Assembly: GCF_000150275.1 (NCBI RefSeq)
Contig: NW_002060975.1
Location: 276,130-340,129 of the forward strand
DNA: 64,000 bases
Direction of reading: 5' to 3'
Source: Trichoplax adhaerens
Taxonomy: Eukaryota > Animalia > Placozoa
A program made the position numbers and the translations under genes. The notes under the pieces are model-generated. The model had not been told where the DNA came from, made no database searches, and saw only the letters and a list, made by a program, of their open reading frames with translations. Position 1 is the stretch's first letter. Each line of letters opens with the position of its first letter. Positions 1 to 13,732 of this stretch are shown here, piece after piece.

Positions 1-443
1 TAGTGAAATTAGGATGATAATCTGAGAGAATAAGCTAAATTAAGCGTTTCGCTAATAGTTTCCTATTTACAATACACGCAACAGAATTAAAAAAACTACG
101 ACGATGTAACATTTCAGAAAACTTTATAGAAATCTGGGCGTCAATTTAGCAGGGGAAAGTTAGCAAAGATGTTCTTCTATTTGGTGTAGTCTATAAGAAT
201 TCATAAAATCCATTGTTGAAAACCTACTTAAATTGACTTCAATGGACTTTTCTGTAGCACAATGAGATTAATATAATTTTTGTGGCTAATTAATTGTTAG
301 TACTAAAACTTCTAATTAAGAAGTCTATGAATATACAGCCGTCGTAAACATACCTAACCACAAGATAGACTTTATTCGTACATTAGGCAATGCCAGTACA
401 ATTTTGTATAAGCAGCATGAGCAAATGAAATATTTAAGTGTGA

Positions 444-1448
444 TTAATTTCTATTTACGCTGATAGAATTCAGGGTTGATCCAGTAGAAGTTACTTGAAT
501 CACAGACTCGTCTCTTTTGTCAAATTTACATAACGCTATTCGTCGAATTAGCGCAAGTGATTTTTGCCTCACCTTTAAATCGAATTTTATATATAGAAAG
601 GGATTTAAAATAACAATTGATGTCGTTATCGTGACGGTGAAAAATGCAAACAAAAAATTGACCATACTCTTCTGACGAATTTGAAGCGTCGATTGGCCTG
701 TTATTGCCATACCGAAGCCAGTAGCAAAGTAGGGCCAACTAAATGTAATGTAAGAGACTGAAATCCAAGTGAGCATCTTTACAAATTGTTTCTTTTTCTG
801 CTGGTTTCGTACGGCCTGACTTTGTAGTACTTCGCCAGGTCGAACGTACGATTTCTGATAAGTAATTATTTTCCCGTATAGAATTAAAATAATGATAGTT
901 GGAATAATAAATACAATTGTTGCATGAAATATCATGAACACTGAAACTGATGGCGTAATATCTGGAATATCACAAAGTAATGTATCGTTCTGATGAACTC
1001 CTACAATGATAAGAACCGGTGCGTTGATACTAGCCGAAGCTAACCAAATTATAATTTCACCAATGACCAGAATAGAGGTCTTATTATGACGATAATATGA
1101 TGATAGCGGTCTAACGATTATAAAATACCGATCGATGCCAATCAAGCATAGATTCATCATGGAGACTCCAAATGAGGTAAATAAAGAACATAGCACCACA
1201 CGACACATCAATGTGCCACCACTGTAATTTAAATTGCGATTTACAATCTGAACATAACCAGTTAGTGATGCAACAGTCGATATGATATCGGATACAACAG
1301 AAATACGCATTAATTTATAAGATGTTTTTCGAAAGCTTTTATCGAAAAAGAAAAGGTATAAAATGATCAAATTGACTACTAGCCCAAATATGAAAATAGG
1401 AATTCCAACGATCGCAGCGTATCGATAAATTTGAGTTGCCCAATCCAT
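444..1448 (-). CDS. Rhodopsin-like (class A) 7TM GPCR, intronless, paralogue 1 (apparently intact)
   Basis: Seven hydrophobic segments, TM2 SD, TM3 C...IGIDRY, ECL2 Cys (HQNDTLLCD), TM6 SWP, TM7 NPFLY. First ATG is at 1448 (MDWATQIY). The track's 1454 start is a GTG directly after an in-frame TAA. Confidence 0.9.
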   Translation of the reverse strand: MDWATQIYRYAAIVGIPIFIFGLVVNLIILYLFFFDKSFRKTSYKLMRISVVSDIISTVASLTGYVQIVNRNLNYSGGTLMCRVVLCSLFTSFGVSMMNLCLIGIDRYFIIVRPLSSYYRHNKTSILVIGEIIIWLASASINAPVLIIVGVHQNDTLLCDIPDITPSVSVFMIFHATIVFIIPTIIILILYGKIITYQKSYVRPGEVLQSQAVRNQQKKKQFVKMLTWISVSYITFSWPYFATGFGMAITGQSTLQIRQKSMVNFLFAFFTVTITTSIVILNPFLYIKFDLKVRQKSLALIRRIALCKFDKRDESVIQVTSTGSTLNSISVNRN

Positions 1449-3487
1449 ATTCACATATTAATCTTGGAAATTATTGTTGATATTTCTCTCTAACCAACCG
1501 TAGAGTTTTCAGTTGAAATGATGATCGAAATGCTCACTGTTTTATTTGAATGATCCAATCTAGCGGTATGTGATGCAAGTACAAAAACTTAAACTGATTT
1601 CTACGCCTTATTACATGCATTTTATCAATGATAGAATTTACTATACAATATCGCTTAACATTATTCTGCATGATGAATATGTGACAAGCAATTCTTAATA
1701 AATACTAAGATATTACCTTGCATTACTATTAATAATGATTTAACGGAAAGAGTTGTCGCATCAATCACGTACATTCGCCATCCAGCCTCAAAATAGGAAT
1801 GCAATGACAATAAATGATTAGCTGTCAAAAAAAAAAACAAGGCTGAAATTGCAGCTGTACCTGGCATTTGTTATGTCTTTAAGGTCACATCGTACGTGTC
1901 TCTCAAACAATTATACGTTGAGACATATCTATCAAGTTTAGCTATTTCCCATTACTTTATAGCAATATGTTCTGTTTACCAGATGTTATATTAAACTGTT
2001 CCAATCATCTCAGTAAATCAATACCATAGCCATACCTGGCACTTAAAGTGTGTCAATTAAATATGACAATAACTTAAAATTATTATTGCTCATAACCAAT
2101 CAAGAAAATTATGACTAAAAAATCTCAAACGCAGTCTTTTTATAGATAAAATTCAGTTGCAAAGTAGGTAAAACTAAGAAGTAAGTTACCGTCGGTAAGT
2201 AGTTTATTTCGTATAGACGATGTTAAAATTGCCTTATGACAAGATTAATATAACTTCACTTTATCACCTGATAGCACATATTACAGTGCGATATTTGACT
2301 TGGATATTTGCTTCTTTCCATGTATATATGTTATAAAATAGAAACGACATTAACAGTATAGTTATTTATGGTATTGTAGTAAAGTTTTATAAGAAATCGT
2401 AGTCCTCGTTATATTAGTTTGAAGATATAGGGCATACATTTACGCTAGCGAGATATTACTGTCTATTTTCGTTTTAATCTTGGCTAATGCGCCAGTTTAA
2501 AGTACTGAGTTTTAATTCAAAAAATTCTGTGAAATCTATCATTTCTAGGCTGTATCTAATCTCTTACATTTATTGACATAAGGGAGAAACTCTAGTTATT
2601 CAACCACTGAATTAGCAGAAAAAAAGAAGGAAAACCTCGTATATCTAGAAATGGATCGCCTCAACAAAATTTCTTGAACTGCCTAATACCTACCAATTTA
2701 AAGCATTTGATCCATTCGAGATTTCTCTATTAGTAACGCTTTAATTTATTTGTCTTAAAATGATGATATGAATAAAAATTTCTTTAAGCCAAGAAATGGT
2801 TTGTCAGCTTAAATGATTCTATTTTACGCCAAATCATGATTTTAATGCCCTTGTTATTCAATCATGGTTGTAAGTTATTTTCCTTTATTGCATTGATATT
2901 GCCTTGAATAAAATAATTATAATTATAAATTCAATAGTTTGTTTATCGAATTAAATAGATCTACTCTGTAAAATCCAATCATTATTCCCATGAACATGCT
3001 GCAATATGTAATCAAGATCATTAAATAAGAATTAGCTTATTGACTTAATCTAATAGTATTCAAAATTACAAATTAAATACTTATTTAAAGACTTTATATG
3101 ACTGTAGTGCAGCCCCAATTATAGCTCAGATTACGATCCAAAATTGTACTAGAATAGTTAAATTTGTTAGGTATTCAAATGGGCCTTGGTAGAGGTTAGA
3201 CGAATCTAACTTATGTAATAAAGCGAAATTTACTAGAAACTGTAACTCTTGATTTATTGTTGAAGAAACTTTATCACAACGACTCTATTCTTTGATGCCA
3301 GAATTATCATTCTAAGCAATTATTCTACTCAAATTCATTTTCACTTACGGTATAAAGTACAATTTTTAATTTAAGAGATTCTATCTACGTGTATCGAACC
3401 ATCATTAGATAGATATCTGTCGTACCTATTTTTAAAATGATAAAAATATTTAAGCGGACTTAAAAAGCTTATAATCAATTAACTGAT

Positions 3488-4484
3488 TCAATTGGGCGCA
3501 TCTAAATTTATAGAACGATGGTGTTTTTTACATCTACAATTTAATATCTGCTTTAGTATGTTTATGGCTCTGATTCTAACATAAATATCGTATTTTAAAT
3601 AAATTATCGGATTGAGTATCGATATAGATGTTGTTGTAGTAATAGAAAAAAAGAGAAAAAAAAAGGCAATAGTACTCTCTTGACGTATCATGATGATAGT
3701 ATGACCAGTGATTGCGATGCCTATTAATGTTGCAAAATTTGGCCAAGCTAACAATATGTAGCAGGATGTTATTTTGCATAGCATTCTAATAAATCGCCTC
3801 CTCATGGTGCGCTCTATTCTACGCTGATAACCTAGAAATTCACCAGGCCTGACATACGATTGCTGAAATGCTATAATTTTACTATATATGATAGCAATTG
3901 ATATCGTTGGAATAATATAGAAGACTACAGAAAATAGAACTAAATATGCTCTTGTAGTAGTATTTAGGTCTTGAAAGTCACACAGCATAGTATCATTATG
4001 ATGAGCAGTAATGATCATAAGAAACGGAAGATTAAGCGTCATGGAAACTAACCAAACCAAGCCTTCACCAAGGATTATAACACTCTTTTTATGATTTCGA
4101 TAAAATGATGAGAATGGTTTTACGATAGCAAAATAACGATCTAAACCAATGATGCATAAATTCAAGGCAGAAATTCCATACGATGAATACAAGAAGTACA
4201 AGCCGATGCTACAAACCATTTTGCCTCCATAATAATCAATCCTTTGATCTATAATTTGTGAATAGCCGATCATAGATGTTGCAGTAGACATGGTATCGGA
4301 TATAACTGAAACTAGAAATAATTTATAGGTAGTTTTTTGAAAGCCACGATCTGAAAGGAATATATAAAGTATAAACAGGTTGAGTAGAGCACCAAATACA
4401 AAAATAAGGACAACTACGACTCCTGCATACTTATAAATTGTATCAAAAATTGAATTTTTCGATGTTAGTTGCTGTTTGATTCAT
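3488..4484 (-). pseudogene. Class A GPCR paralogue 2; start ATG out of frame by 1 nt (frameshifted pseudogene or sequencing error)
   Basis: The main frame is open from 4480 through TM1 (IYKYAGVVVVLIFVFGALLNLF), DRY and NPIIY, but has no ATG before TM2. The ATG at 4484 reads MNQTATNIEKFNF* in another frame. Removing one base from the run at about 4455-4459 gives MNQTATNIENSIFDTIYKY... Confidence 0.7.
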
Positions 4485-7400
4485 AATTGTTGACGAGATT
4501 AAAGACCATAAACGAAACTAAGAATTCTCTTCCTTAAGCACAACGTCTACTAGAGATTGCTATAGCTATAAAAATTCTACAGTTCATGTTTTCTCTTTTC
4601 CCTTAAAAAATCTATTATTTATCATTTCTTGGTAAATATTAACTTCTGTTTATTTCATTAAAGAAGTAAGATGTCGCTGGCAAGCATAATTTAAAATACT
4701 GTTAATCTACTTTATGGTTATAATAGCATTTTAAAAATATACCACTAATTTCACTGGTACCTATAATTCATCTTGAAAAATGACTGATATTGTTATTATG
4801 GGCTTTTATTAAAAGAGCATAATTGAATAATAAATGAAATCGAATAGGCTAGTTCAGCTGGATCATTTCTAGTCTATCATAGGCATGACAAGATTCGTTT
4901 GAATCATTTTCATATTTTTATATTATAGAATAGTCACTAAAATATATAGGTTCATTGTGTTACAATAGTAATATGACATCATGAAATGTAGTCATTTTTG
5001 CTTCCTCATTTCTATTATTCTAGGTAAATTTTATGATAGTAGCCTTAGAAATTAGTCTGGGAGTTATCCTTTGACTCCTAAGAAATTAAGGACGATGATG
5101 AAATTAAAAATTTTTTATCTAACGTCAGTACGAAAATTATAAATAAGCATGAAAGCAAGCGAAATCTTGAAAATCATGCTGCCATAATCCTTACTAATTG
5201 CTAATCCCTTCTAATTTAATGAGCAAATAGACACTGCAACGAAAGAATTATGATTACGATTAATATTTACCTCTAATGTATTTTAAATTTCAATTGAAGA
5301 AATTACCTACCATTAAATTGATTTACCACTTTTAGCTAACATGATTGATTAGTTGTCGCTACCGATATCTACAGTATTTTTTATTTTCTAAGCAAATAAA
5401 ATTCATTCTTTGTGTATATGTTGTAAGTTCAGAGCATAATGCTAGAGTTTTATTAGTACCTAGATGTTAAGAATTAACTACGATGGTGTTTATATCACAT
5501 TTACTAGCTCTATGTATATAATGTGTACATGATTTGTATATAGTTATTTTAATATCGAAAAAAGCTTAAAATTTTAGTACCATAAAGATATAAGTTGTAC
5601 CATATGTAGTGATGTTGTGATATTGTGTAGGTTGTAATTCTTTTTTCAACACTATAGAGCCAGCAGTAACAAGCAAAAGCATGGTCATGTTGTTGGTAAA
5701 AAGGATGTTCCAGTTTAAGTTTCGTAAGAAACTGTAGTGATCGTAGAATTTCATTTTTATAAGTAGTCCAGAAGTTAACAAATGTTTTTCAGTAATTCCG
5801 GTTTATACTCTTCGGGTTGTAAACAGGCCAAAGATATAAAAAGTTAAAGTAAAGCAATAGAGATTGTCTTTTCGTACTTGAGATTAAAGTCTGTGGTTGA
5901 AAACTTTTTTAACGAGAACCCCGTTATAAACCGTTTTACTCCAAATCGTTCGGGGTTAGAATTATTAGAGAATTGGAAAGAACAGATTTATTACATCATA
6001 TAAAGCGATATTTCTAACATAGATCTTAGCTATTTTGTATTACATTTTCTGTACTAGATCTAGTTTAGGTCAGAATAACCATAATAGCTTATTAGATAAT
6101 CAGAATATTTATTATTGCAATCATTCAATAGCCATCTGAGTCCAAATTTATAGTATTCACTCTTTTTAGACATCAATCAAACTTTGATTATGATTTTAGC
6201 CATTATAAAAAAAATAGTACGGTAACGCTTATAACTAAACTATACCAATAGAATTAGACAATTTAGCTATAGTAGACGCTATCATACATCTGAATGCATA
6301 AGGAACTGCAATAATAACTCCAGCTTCATCTAACTCTTGCCTAGAACTCGTTCTTCATCACCTAAATCGTACCCAAAGTTCTATTTATTAAAGTTATATT
6401 CAAATGATTGGAGTATTGTTCACAATATGTCAATGTTTGTCTTCTATATTTTTCAACAATGTCAAGTGCAGTAGGAAAAATGATAGTCAATCTTATTTAA
6501 TAATCATAAATTTAATTAATGAAAAAATTTTGCTATTATATAATAGCATAGCTTACCCCTACTAATCAATTACTATAAAATGATATTATTTTTCCTCCCT
6601 CTTTTGAAATTACAGCCACTTTGTATCGTACGGAATGACGCGTTATAAATCTAATAAGCTGAGTTACCAGTTAAGGCATCATTTGATAACATGATTATCC
6701 CAATGTGCTGTATACTATGAATTTACTTGATAAATGAACAATTTTTCTCATATTTGAATATTAACCATTGGCTTATGGACAAATGCTAAAGGAGTTATAT
6801 AGTCTACATAAACTTTTGACGTAAATTTAATCTTCCTAATTCATTGTCATTTAAGTAGACCATTTCATTAAATTCATTATTGTATCTATTGCAATAGAAT
6901 GAAAGATATATGGATCACAAAAAATGATAAAGGAAATACCTACAGATCATATAAGTGAAATATACTGTGTTTGTAAAGTATGAACTATAAATACATAGAA
7001 CTTGGAAGTACTTAGCCAGATTTTCAATACAAGAGCATGATTTATAATATAACATATTTCTTTGTTATACTGTCAATGTGTGTACCGTAGTAAATTCGAC
7101 ATCATTTACATTTTTCGATGCTAACACAATAGAAATAAATAATAAGTAACAAGAATCAGCTGTAGTAATTCTGGTTTATTTCTCGGAAAAAGTGCTGACT
7201 GTACTTTGGTCTGTTATGATAATCACTGTACAGTATAGTTACAGCTGTAACCCATAATCATTTAGAAGTAACAGAATTGTTACATTACTACGGCAGTCTA
7301 CGGTAGGTTAGCACATTCTCTAGCATTAACGGTTACTAATAATTTTAAGCATAAAGCCTATTGTATGCATTATCAATTCATTACTCAGCGATGTTAATCT

Positions 7401-8297
7401 GTATTAGTATTTCATTCCTTTTGATCAATTAATTATTTTTAATCAGTTAACGGTGTAGTTTTACGCGTATTTAAGAATTGACGTTTAGATATATGTAGTA
7501 TACTGTATTAGAAAATAATTCAATTATCATCATTAGTAATAGACCGCAAAAAATCTAATTACATAGAATCTAAAACATTTTTATTTTAATATTACAACAG
7601 ACATTGTATAATATGATAACCGTTATAGAGATTAGACAAAAGTTGGAAGATTAATTCTGTTCAGCAAACTATATATGCTGAAATCGGATGTATGATGTAT
7701 TCGCTATTCCTATTAATAAATCCATTCGGAGGTATATCTAACTCACTGTAAAGTAACCATTAAAAATCAAACCTCAGTAACGAACTACGAATCTAAAGTA
7801 TTAACAAACTTACGTTTTTCGATATCTAATAAGATTGTCACTCATAAGTCCTACCTTCTGACGAATGGAATTATCAGTACTCTAAAGGTAGGAGCACTTG
7901 ATCACAGTTGCTTTGACTTACTCTACGACTAGATTAGAAGTTAGTTTACTTTATTTAGTACTTATGAAATTAGAAATTCAAGATCCAGCATTATATAATA
8001 TTATTGATGTACTTGAATATTCTAGTACCGCATCTTAGTCACAATAACGATATCACTCGAAAATGTAAATCATTTCAAAATTAGGAGACTACAGTAAACC
8101 ACATATCTCTCCAAGACGAAGCCAAGAAATTAATAATAAGCTGTACAGTAGAATCGAAATTTTTGTGTCGTATCTCTTTTGTAGAATAAATACATAAATA
8201 TCATTTATATTAATACATGCAATACTAACAGTCGCAATAGGTGTAAAGTAAACAAGATGAACAATTAAGAATTTATGCTTAGAAGAAAATGATACAA

Positions 8298-9337
8298 TTA
8301 ATTTCTACGGATGAAGTTACGTAGTGATAAATTTTTTTTCGACTGCAGCGACTCTACTTTACTAATTGAATAGCTACTTTTACATTGAAATATTTGCATT
8401 TTTGTCAAAAAAACCCAAGATCTTTTTCTAATATTAACATCAAACTTCAAGTAAATTAGTGGATTAAGAATCGATATCGATGTTGTTGCAGTGATAGAGA
8501 AAAGAAGTAATAGAAAATAGACGATGCTTTTTCGGCGTATCATCATTATAGACTGACCAGTTATCGCTATGCCAATTATAGCTGCAAAAAAAGGCCAACT
8601 AAGTAATATATACGATGCCGTTATACTTATCAGCATTCTAATAAATCGTTTTTTTTTGGCACGCTCTTGTTCATTCTGATAATTTAATATCTTTCCAGGT
8701 CTCATATATGATCGCTGAAAGGCAATAATTTTTCCATATGTAAAGGATATTGCCAATGATGGTATGATATACAATATTACGGCAAGAGTAAGTAAAAATA
8801 TCTTTGTCATTAGATTAAGTTGCTTGGTATCGCATAACATTGTATCGTTATGATGAACAGTAACAAGGCTTAAAATGGGAATAGTAATAGATAGTGAGAT
8901 CAACCAAATTAATATTTCAGCTGTGATAAGTATACGATTTTTATACCGTCGATTCAATGATGAAAATGATTTAACAACTGCTAGATAACGATCGAAACCA
9001 ATCAAGCATAAGTTCATCATTGAGATTCCATACGAAGACATCATGAGATACAAAGCCACGCGACATATTGCTTCTCCTTCATTAAAATTTACATTGTGAC
9101 TAACAATTTGTGCATAACCAATGATAGAAGTAATTGTTGATATAATATCTGATATAACCGACACTCGTATTAATTTATAGGTTGTTTTCTGAAAAAATGA
9201 ATCGAAAAGAAAATGTACAGTAAAAATAAATTAATGAGTAATCCAAATATAAATGGAGGGAGTCCAACGATTGCAGCATATTGATAAATTGTACTAGCGA
9301 TATCCCGTATTTTGTTATTAAGGAGTGATAAATTCAT
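8298..9337 (-). pseudogene. Class A GPCR paralogue 3 with a 1-nt deletion after TM1
   Basis: ATG 9337 gives MNLSLLNNKIRDIASTIYQYAAIVGLPPFIFGLLINLFLLYIF, then the frame shifts. The plus strand has gaaaat at 9209-9214 where paralogue 4 has gaaaaat. The downstream frame carries DRY, SWPFF and NPLIY. Confidence 0.8.
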
Positions 9338-10681
9338 CGTCTTTACGCAATATCAAATATCTTACTTCAATTAAAATCTACGACTAATCGATTTTTGGCT
9401 AAAGCACTTTTGATGGCATTAGCTACTTATTTGATAAGAATATACTTAATTTCAAGTTTACCTTGAAAAATCAAATTAACCACTTCCAATGCAGACGCCT
9501 TTCAACCTTTTGATCATCTACAGCCGCCAGGAAAGTTGTCGATGTAAGATCAATTAAGATTACGAGATAAATTTTCTGGATTATAAAATTTCAAAATACA
9601 GTATCAATATTACATAAAAATCGATCTATAGTTTGAGATTTTGCTTATATCAACTGTAAGGTCAAGCTATCTATTAATGAAAATGACAAATATGGTATAA
9701 CTGAAGATAGTCTAGTTAAAAGTGCTACTTATAAGTATCAATCAATCAATCAAATCTTATAAACACAACGATACATGTATGGCTATTTGGTAGTAAAATA
9801 GGGCAGGTATCATAGTGGCTGCCATAAAGTTAATTATTTAGAGCATAAAGTGGGTAGAGGAACAATAACGCTAATATGACGTCAGATGAAAGTAATGAAG
9901 AAAATGTAAAAGCCTACCACAAAGAAAATTGACGCGATCTAAAATTACATTATTAAGTGCAACGATTATTCCAGACATGAATTATTAGAAGAAAGAGTAA
10001 AGTTTTTTTCCATATTCTTTTACTTAGTAGTCTTTTTTCTAGGTCACTTTGTGCTAACCTAAGAATACGTGCAAGTATACTTTCAGGACGTTACTCTTAT
10101 AACTAATTGAAATCACTATAATACGACATTCTTGAACCTTGTCGTTGCTGAATAGAGAAAAACCTATTCTGAACTATCTCCAACCTTTAATATCTGAATT
10201 AAAGCTCTGTATTTTCTATTCTATGATAATTTCTTGGGTCTTGACAATACAATTTTACTTTATTTTATTAAATACTTATTGTATTAATTAACATTGTAGC
10301 TATATCATTTCACTCCTCCCATGAATCATTACGGTACTAAAGGATCGATTATTGTTTATTTCGAAAAGTATAACCGTAAGTGCATTCCGTAAATAAATAG
10401 ACTTAAATCTATCCAAACAATATAGTGATTGATATCCATTGGGTTCTAACATCTAAACCAACATTGCAATTAGTTAGTACATCTTCTAGTTGCTCTTAAA
10501 ATATTATCTCACAATCAAACGTGCGATAGGTTCCTGAATCTTTATTCTCATAATATTATCTATTTAAGGCTAATAGGTAACGCAATTTCTTCTATTAACA
10601 ATAAAACAATGGATATCATAGATCTTGTAGATTACGTTATGATGAATAATAATCACAAGTAAGCATGATAAGAAAATGCTG

Positions 10682-10880
10682 ATATGTCTAATTTCAGGAA
10701 ATCATCAATATTCTTTGATAATATAGTAACAACGATTCGATTACGCATGTCATACGCAACAAAACGTCTTTTTGCTTAATATGTCCAATTTCAGGAAATC
10801 ATCAATATTCTTCAATAATATAGTAACATCGATTCGATTATGCATGTCATACGCAACATAACGTCTTTTTGCTTAATATG
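10682..10880. repeat. Direct tandem duplication, 2 x about 97 bp
   Basis: atatgtc(t/c)aatttcaggaaatcatcaatattc...acgtctttttgctta occurs twice with few mismatches. Confidence 0.95.
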
Positions 10881-11891
10881 CAAACTTCCACTTTAGGTAT
10901 CTGCAGTACCTCCGCAAAAATATGGATCATCTCTATATATTCTATGTAAGCACTATGCAAATATAGTGAGCAATCTAATTTATTACAGCGATAAAATCTA
11001 GATGTTACTTATGCCTTTCCGAAGTGGAAAAAATAGTGATATCCTATAATGCAATAATTTAGTAGAGAACAATATCTACTAGAAGAAGGTCAGAAAAATA
11101 GAGGCCAAGTTCAAAGGCTATCCTGAACTTCGACGACTAAATGAATGCTCTCAACTCTTCTATTTACTGATAGTTTAGGTAATCTTAGTAGTAGAAGTTT
11201 GTGATATTTTATTCGATGCTTTCAGTACAGTTTCCTATTTTGGCTTTGTAATATACTTCTACTGTTATCCTATAAGATCGATTTACTTTTATGGGAATAA
11301 ATACACATACGTGGTATAAATTTAATTATTACCACGCATGCAAATGGTTACAAACAACGATTATAGTAAAAACGGTAGCAAGAATTGTTATTTCAGTACT
11401 TGATCACATTGACATTCATCAATAATTGCTATCCATTTCTTCGATTAATTATTTTTGTTAGCTACTAGTATAATTTTATTTAAAAGTGGACATACGAGGT
11501 ATATTTATACTAGTTGAGACATTCTTTTCAACATAAAGAGGGACAGGTTAGGCCATGACAAGCAAATGGTATGTAATGATAATGATAATAAAAGGATACT
11601 GAAAAGAAGTGCCTTCGTCTTGTAAAATTATGTTGACATTAGTATGTAGTACGTTTCGGAAACAATTAAATTAACATCATTAGTAATACGCAACAAAAAT
11701 CTAGTAATATAAAATTATAAATTCTTTATTTTAATATTAAGATAGTCATTACATTAGTACATTAATAAGTAAAGCGTCTCGGCAAAAGTTTGAAAAGCTT
11801 AAGTTTGCTTAGTAAACTATGTTCAATGAAATCTATTTATCTTTTCTATTAATAAATGCTTTTGGCCTAACTTACTAAAAGTTATGTACAA

Positions 11892-12122
11892 NNNNNNNNN
11901 NNNNNNNNNNNNNNNNNNNNNNNNNNNNNNNNNNNNNNNNNNNNNNNNNNNNNNNNNNNNNNNNNNNNNNNNNNNNNNNNNNNNNNNNNNNNNNNNNNNN
12001 NNNNNNNNNNNNNNNNNNNNNNNNNNNNNNNNNNNNNNNNNNNNNNNNNNNNNNNNNNNNNNNNNNNNNNNNNNNNNNNNNNNNNNNNNNNNNNNNNNNN
12101 NNNNNNNNNNNNNNNNNNNNNN
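11892..12122. other. Assembly gap (231 N)
   Basis: Run of N. Confidence 1.
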
Positions 12123-12283
12123 GGTTGTTTTCTGGAGTACGGATCGAAAAGAAAAATATACAGTATAAATAAATTGATTAATAGTCCAAATGTAAATATA
12201 GGAACACCAACGATTGCAGCATACTGATAAGTTACACTAGCGATATCCCGTGTTTGATTACTGACCATTAATAAATTCACCAT
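12123..12283 (-). CDS. Class A GPCR paralogue 4, N-terminal fragment (N-terminus and TM1) running into the assembly gap; apparent 1-nt deletion near the gap
   Basis: MVNLLMVSNQTRDIASVTYQYAAIVGVPIFTFGLLINLFILYIFLFDP closely matches paralogue 3. It reads 'gat ccg tac tc cag aaa aca acc' against paralogue 3 'gat tca ttt ttt cag aaa aca acc'. Confidence 0.75.
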
Positions 12284-12447
12284 CCTGATATAATATCAAA
12301 TGTCTTGACGCAATTAAAATAGATCACGAATAGATTAAAGCTAAAATAATGATCGATACTTATCTCAAGAGTAATATTTTATTTCAAATGTATCTTAAAA
12401 ACGGAAGTGATGACGTTCGATGTAGACCCTATTAAACCTTTTGATCA

Positions 12448-13732
12448 TCTATGTTAGATAATAATGTCGTGAATTACAATACGAATATAATAATCTTTAT
12501 GACGTACTACGTGGTATTACGATAAAAGATCTCACCTTCGCACATTGATAAATTCAACAAGCTTTATACTTTTATACGTTTATACTTTTGTAATTTCACG
12601 CTCATGATACCTGGCGTACGTAATTGACAATGATCTGCGAGAGTCATCACAGCTGCTGTCGAAGTGCTATAATATCTAGGTGCTTCACATTTAAATTTCC
12701 TGAATAACTGCTAGTGCTATACATGGCTGTATTATTCCTGTCTACATGAGTTTACAATTAATGGAATACTAGCTGTTTGTATCGGTTCACTATAAATAAA
12801 TAGCTATAAATGGAAATTGCTATTATATATGATAGTCAATATGTCTATATAGCTATTGATATCTATCTATATCTATTACTCTACAGAATATCTAGAGCTC
12901 ACTAATAACTGCTAGTAGATATAGCTGTCTATATCGGTGTGATATTTTCGAACATCTCCTACTTATAACAATTCTTTAAACTTACATACTACAAAGTGAT
13001 GCCTATGTGCTCAGTGAATATATTACTGTCGTCAAACCGAATCAGTTCAAGCTGTAGTGAGCTTATAATATAGAAACTGTACAAATATGACCAATCAAAA
13101 TCCCATTTTGTTAAAAATGGTTCACAGTAAATGGAAATAGTAGCTATCTCTATCCGTTCATTATCAACGAGAATAGCTATCTATATGTACCCACGTACAT
13201 ATCCGTTCTAATATCCGGCAGTTTCAACGCGAAGAGATGTTAATGAATGGCTCATTACTCTTATTGTCTTCCTGTAATGAATTTTACTATTCAAATCATC
13301 ATTTTTAACGTGAATGGATGTTAATAAAACTTGGTAAAATTAAATTTCTGAATAGCAACTGTAATATATTTTGTAACGCAGACTTATATAAGAGAATTAC
13401 CAGAATCTGTAAAATAACCATCATGGATTAGTATAGTACATGAGGACAAGGCCGAGTCACGTCTGAAGTATTATTATAAAATAATGTTCTAGAACTATAA
13501 TATTGTAAGAATATAATCCGTGAGCAAAGCGACGGGAGTTTGTAATATTATAACAACGTAGTCCGTCAGCAAAGCGATGCAAGGCCAAGTCACGTTTGAA
13601 GTATTATTGTAAAATAATATTCTAGAAGTATAATATTATAAGAACATAATCCGTCAGCAAGGCGACGGGAATTTGTAATATTACTCGTATAACAACATAA
13701 TCCGTCAGCATAGCGATGGGAGTTTGTACTAG
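12448..13732 (+). mobile_element. Putative non-autonomous Helitron-like element (3' end well supported, 5' end tentative)
   Basis: Ends tccgtcagcatagcgatggg-agtttgta-CTAG|T, i.e. a GC-rich hairpin just upstream of CTAG followed by T. Candidate 5' end A|TCTATGTTAGATAATAAT lies where homology with duplication copy A stops. Confidence 0.5.
13447..13732. repeat. 2 x about 134 bp tandem repeat containing four copies of a CCGTCAGCAAAGCGACGG-type hairpin
   Basis: aaggcc(g/a)agtcacgt(c/t)tgaagtattatt... occurs twice. Hairpin copies at about 13517, 13562, 13650 and 13701. Confidence 0.9.

Noticed and set aside
11882-12168. ORFs spanning the N run
   Set aside because: Artefacts of translating the gap; only 12123-12283 is real GPCR sequence.
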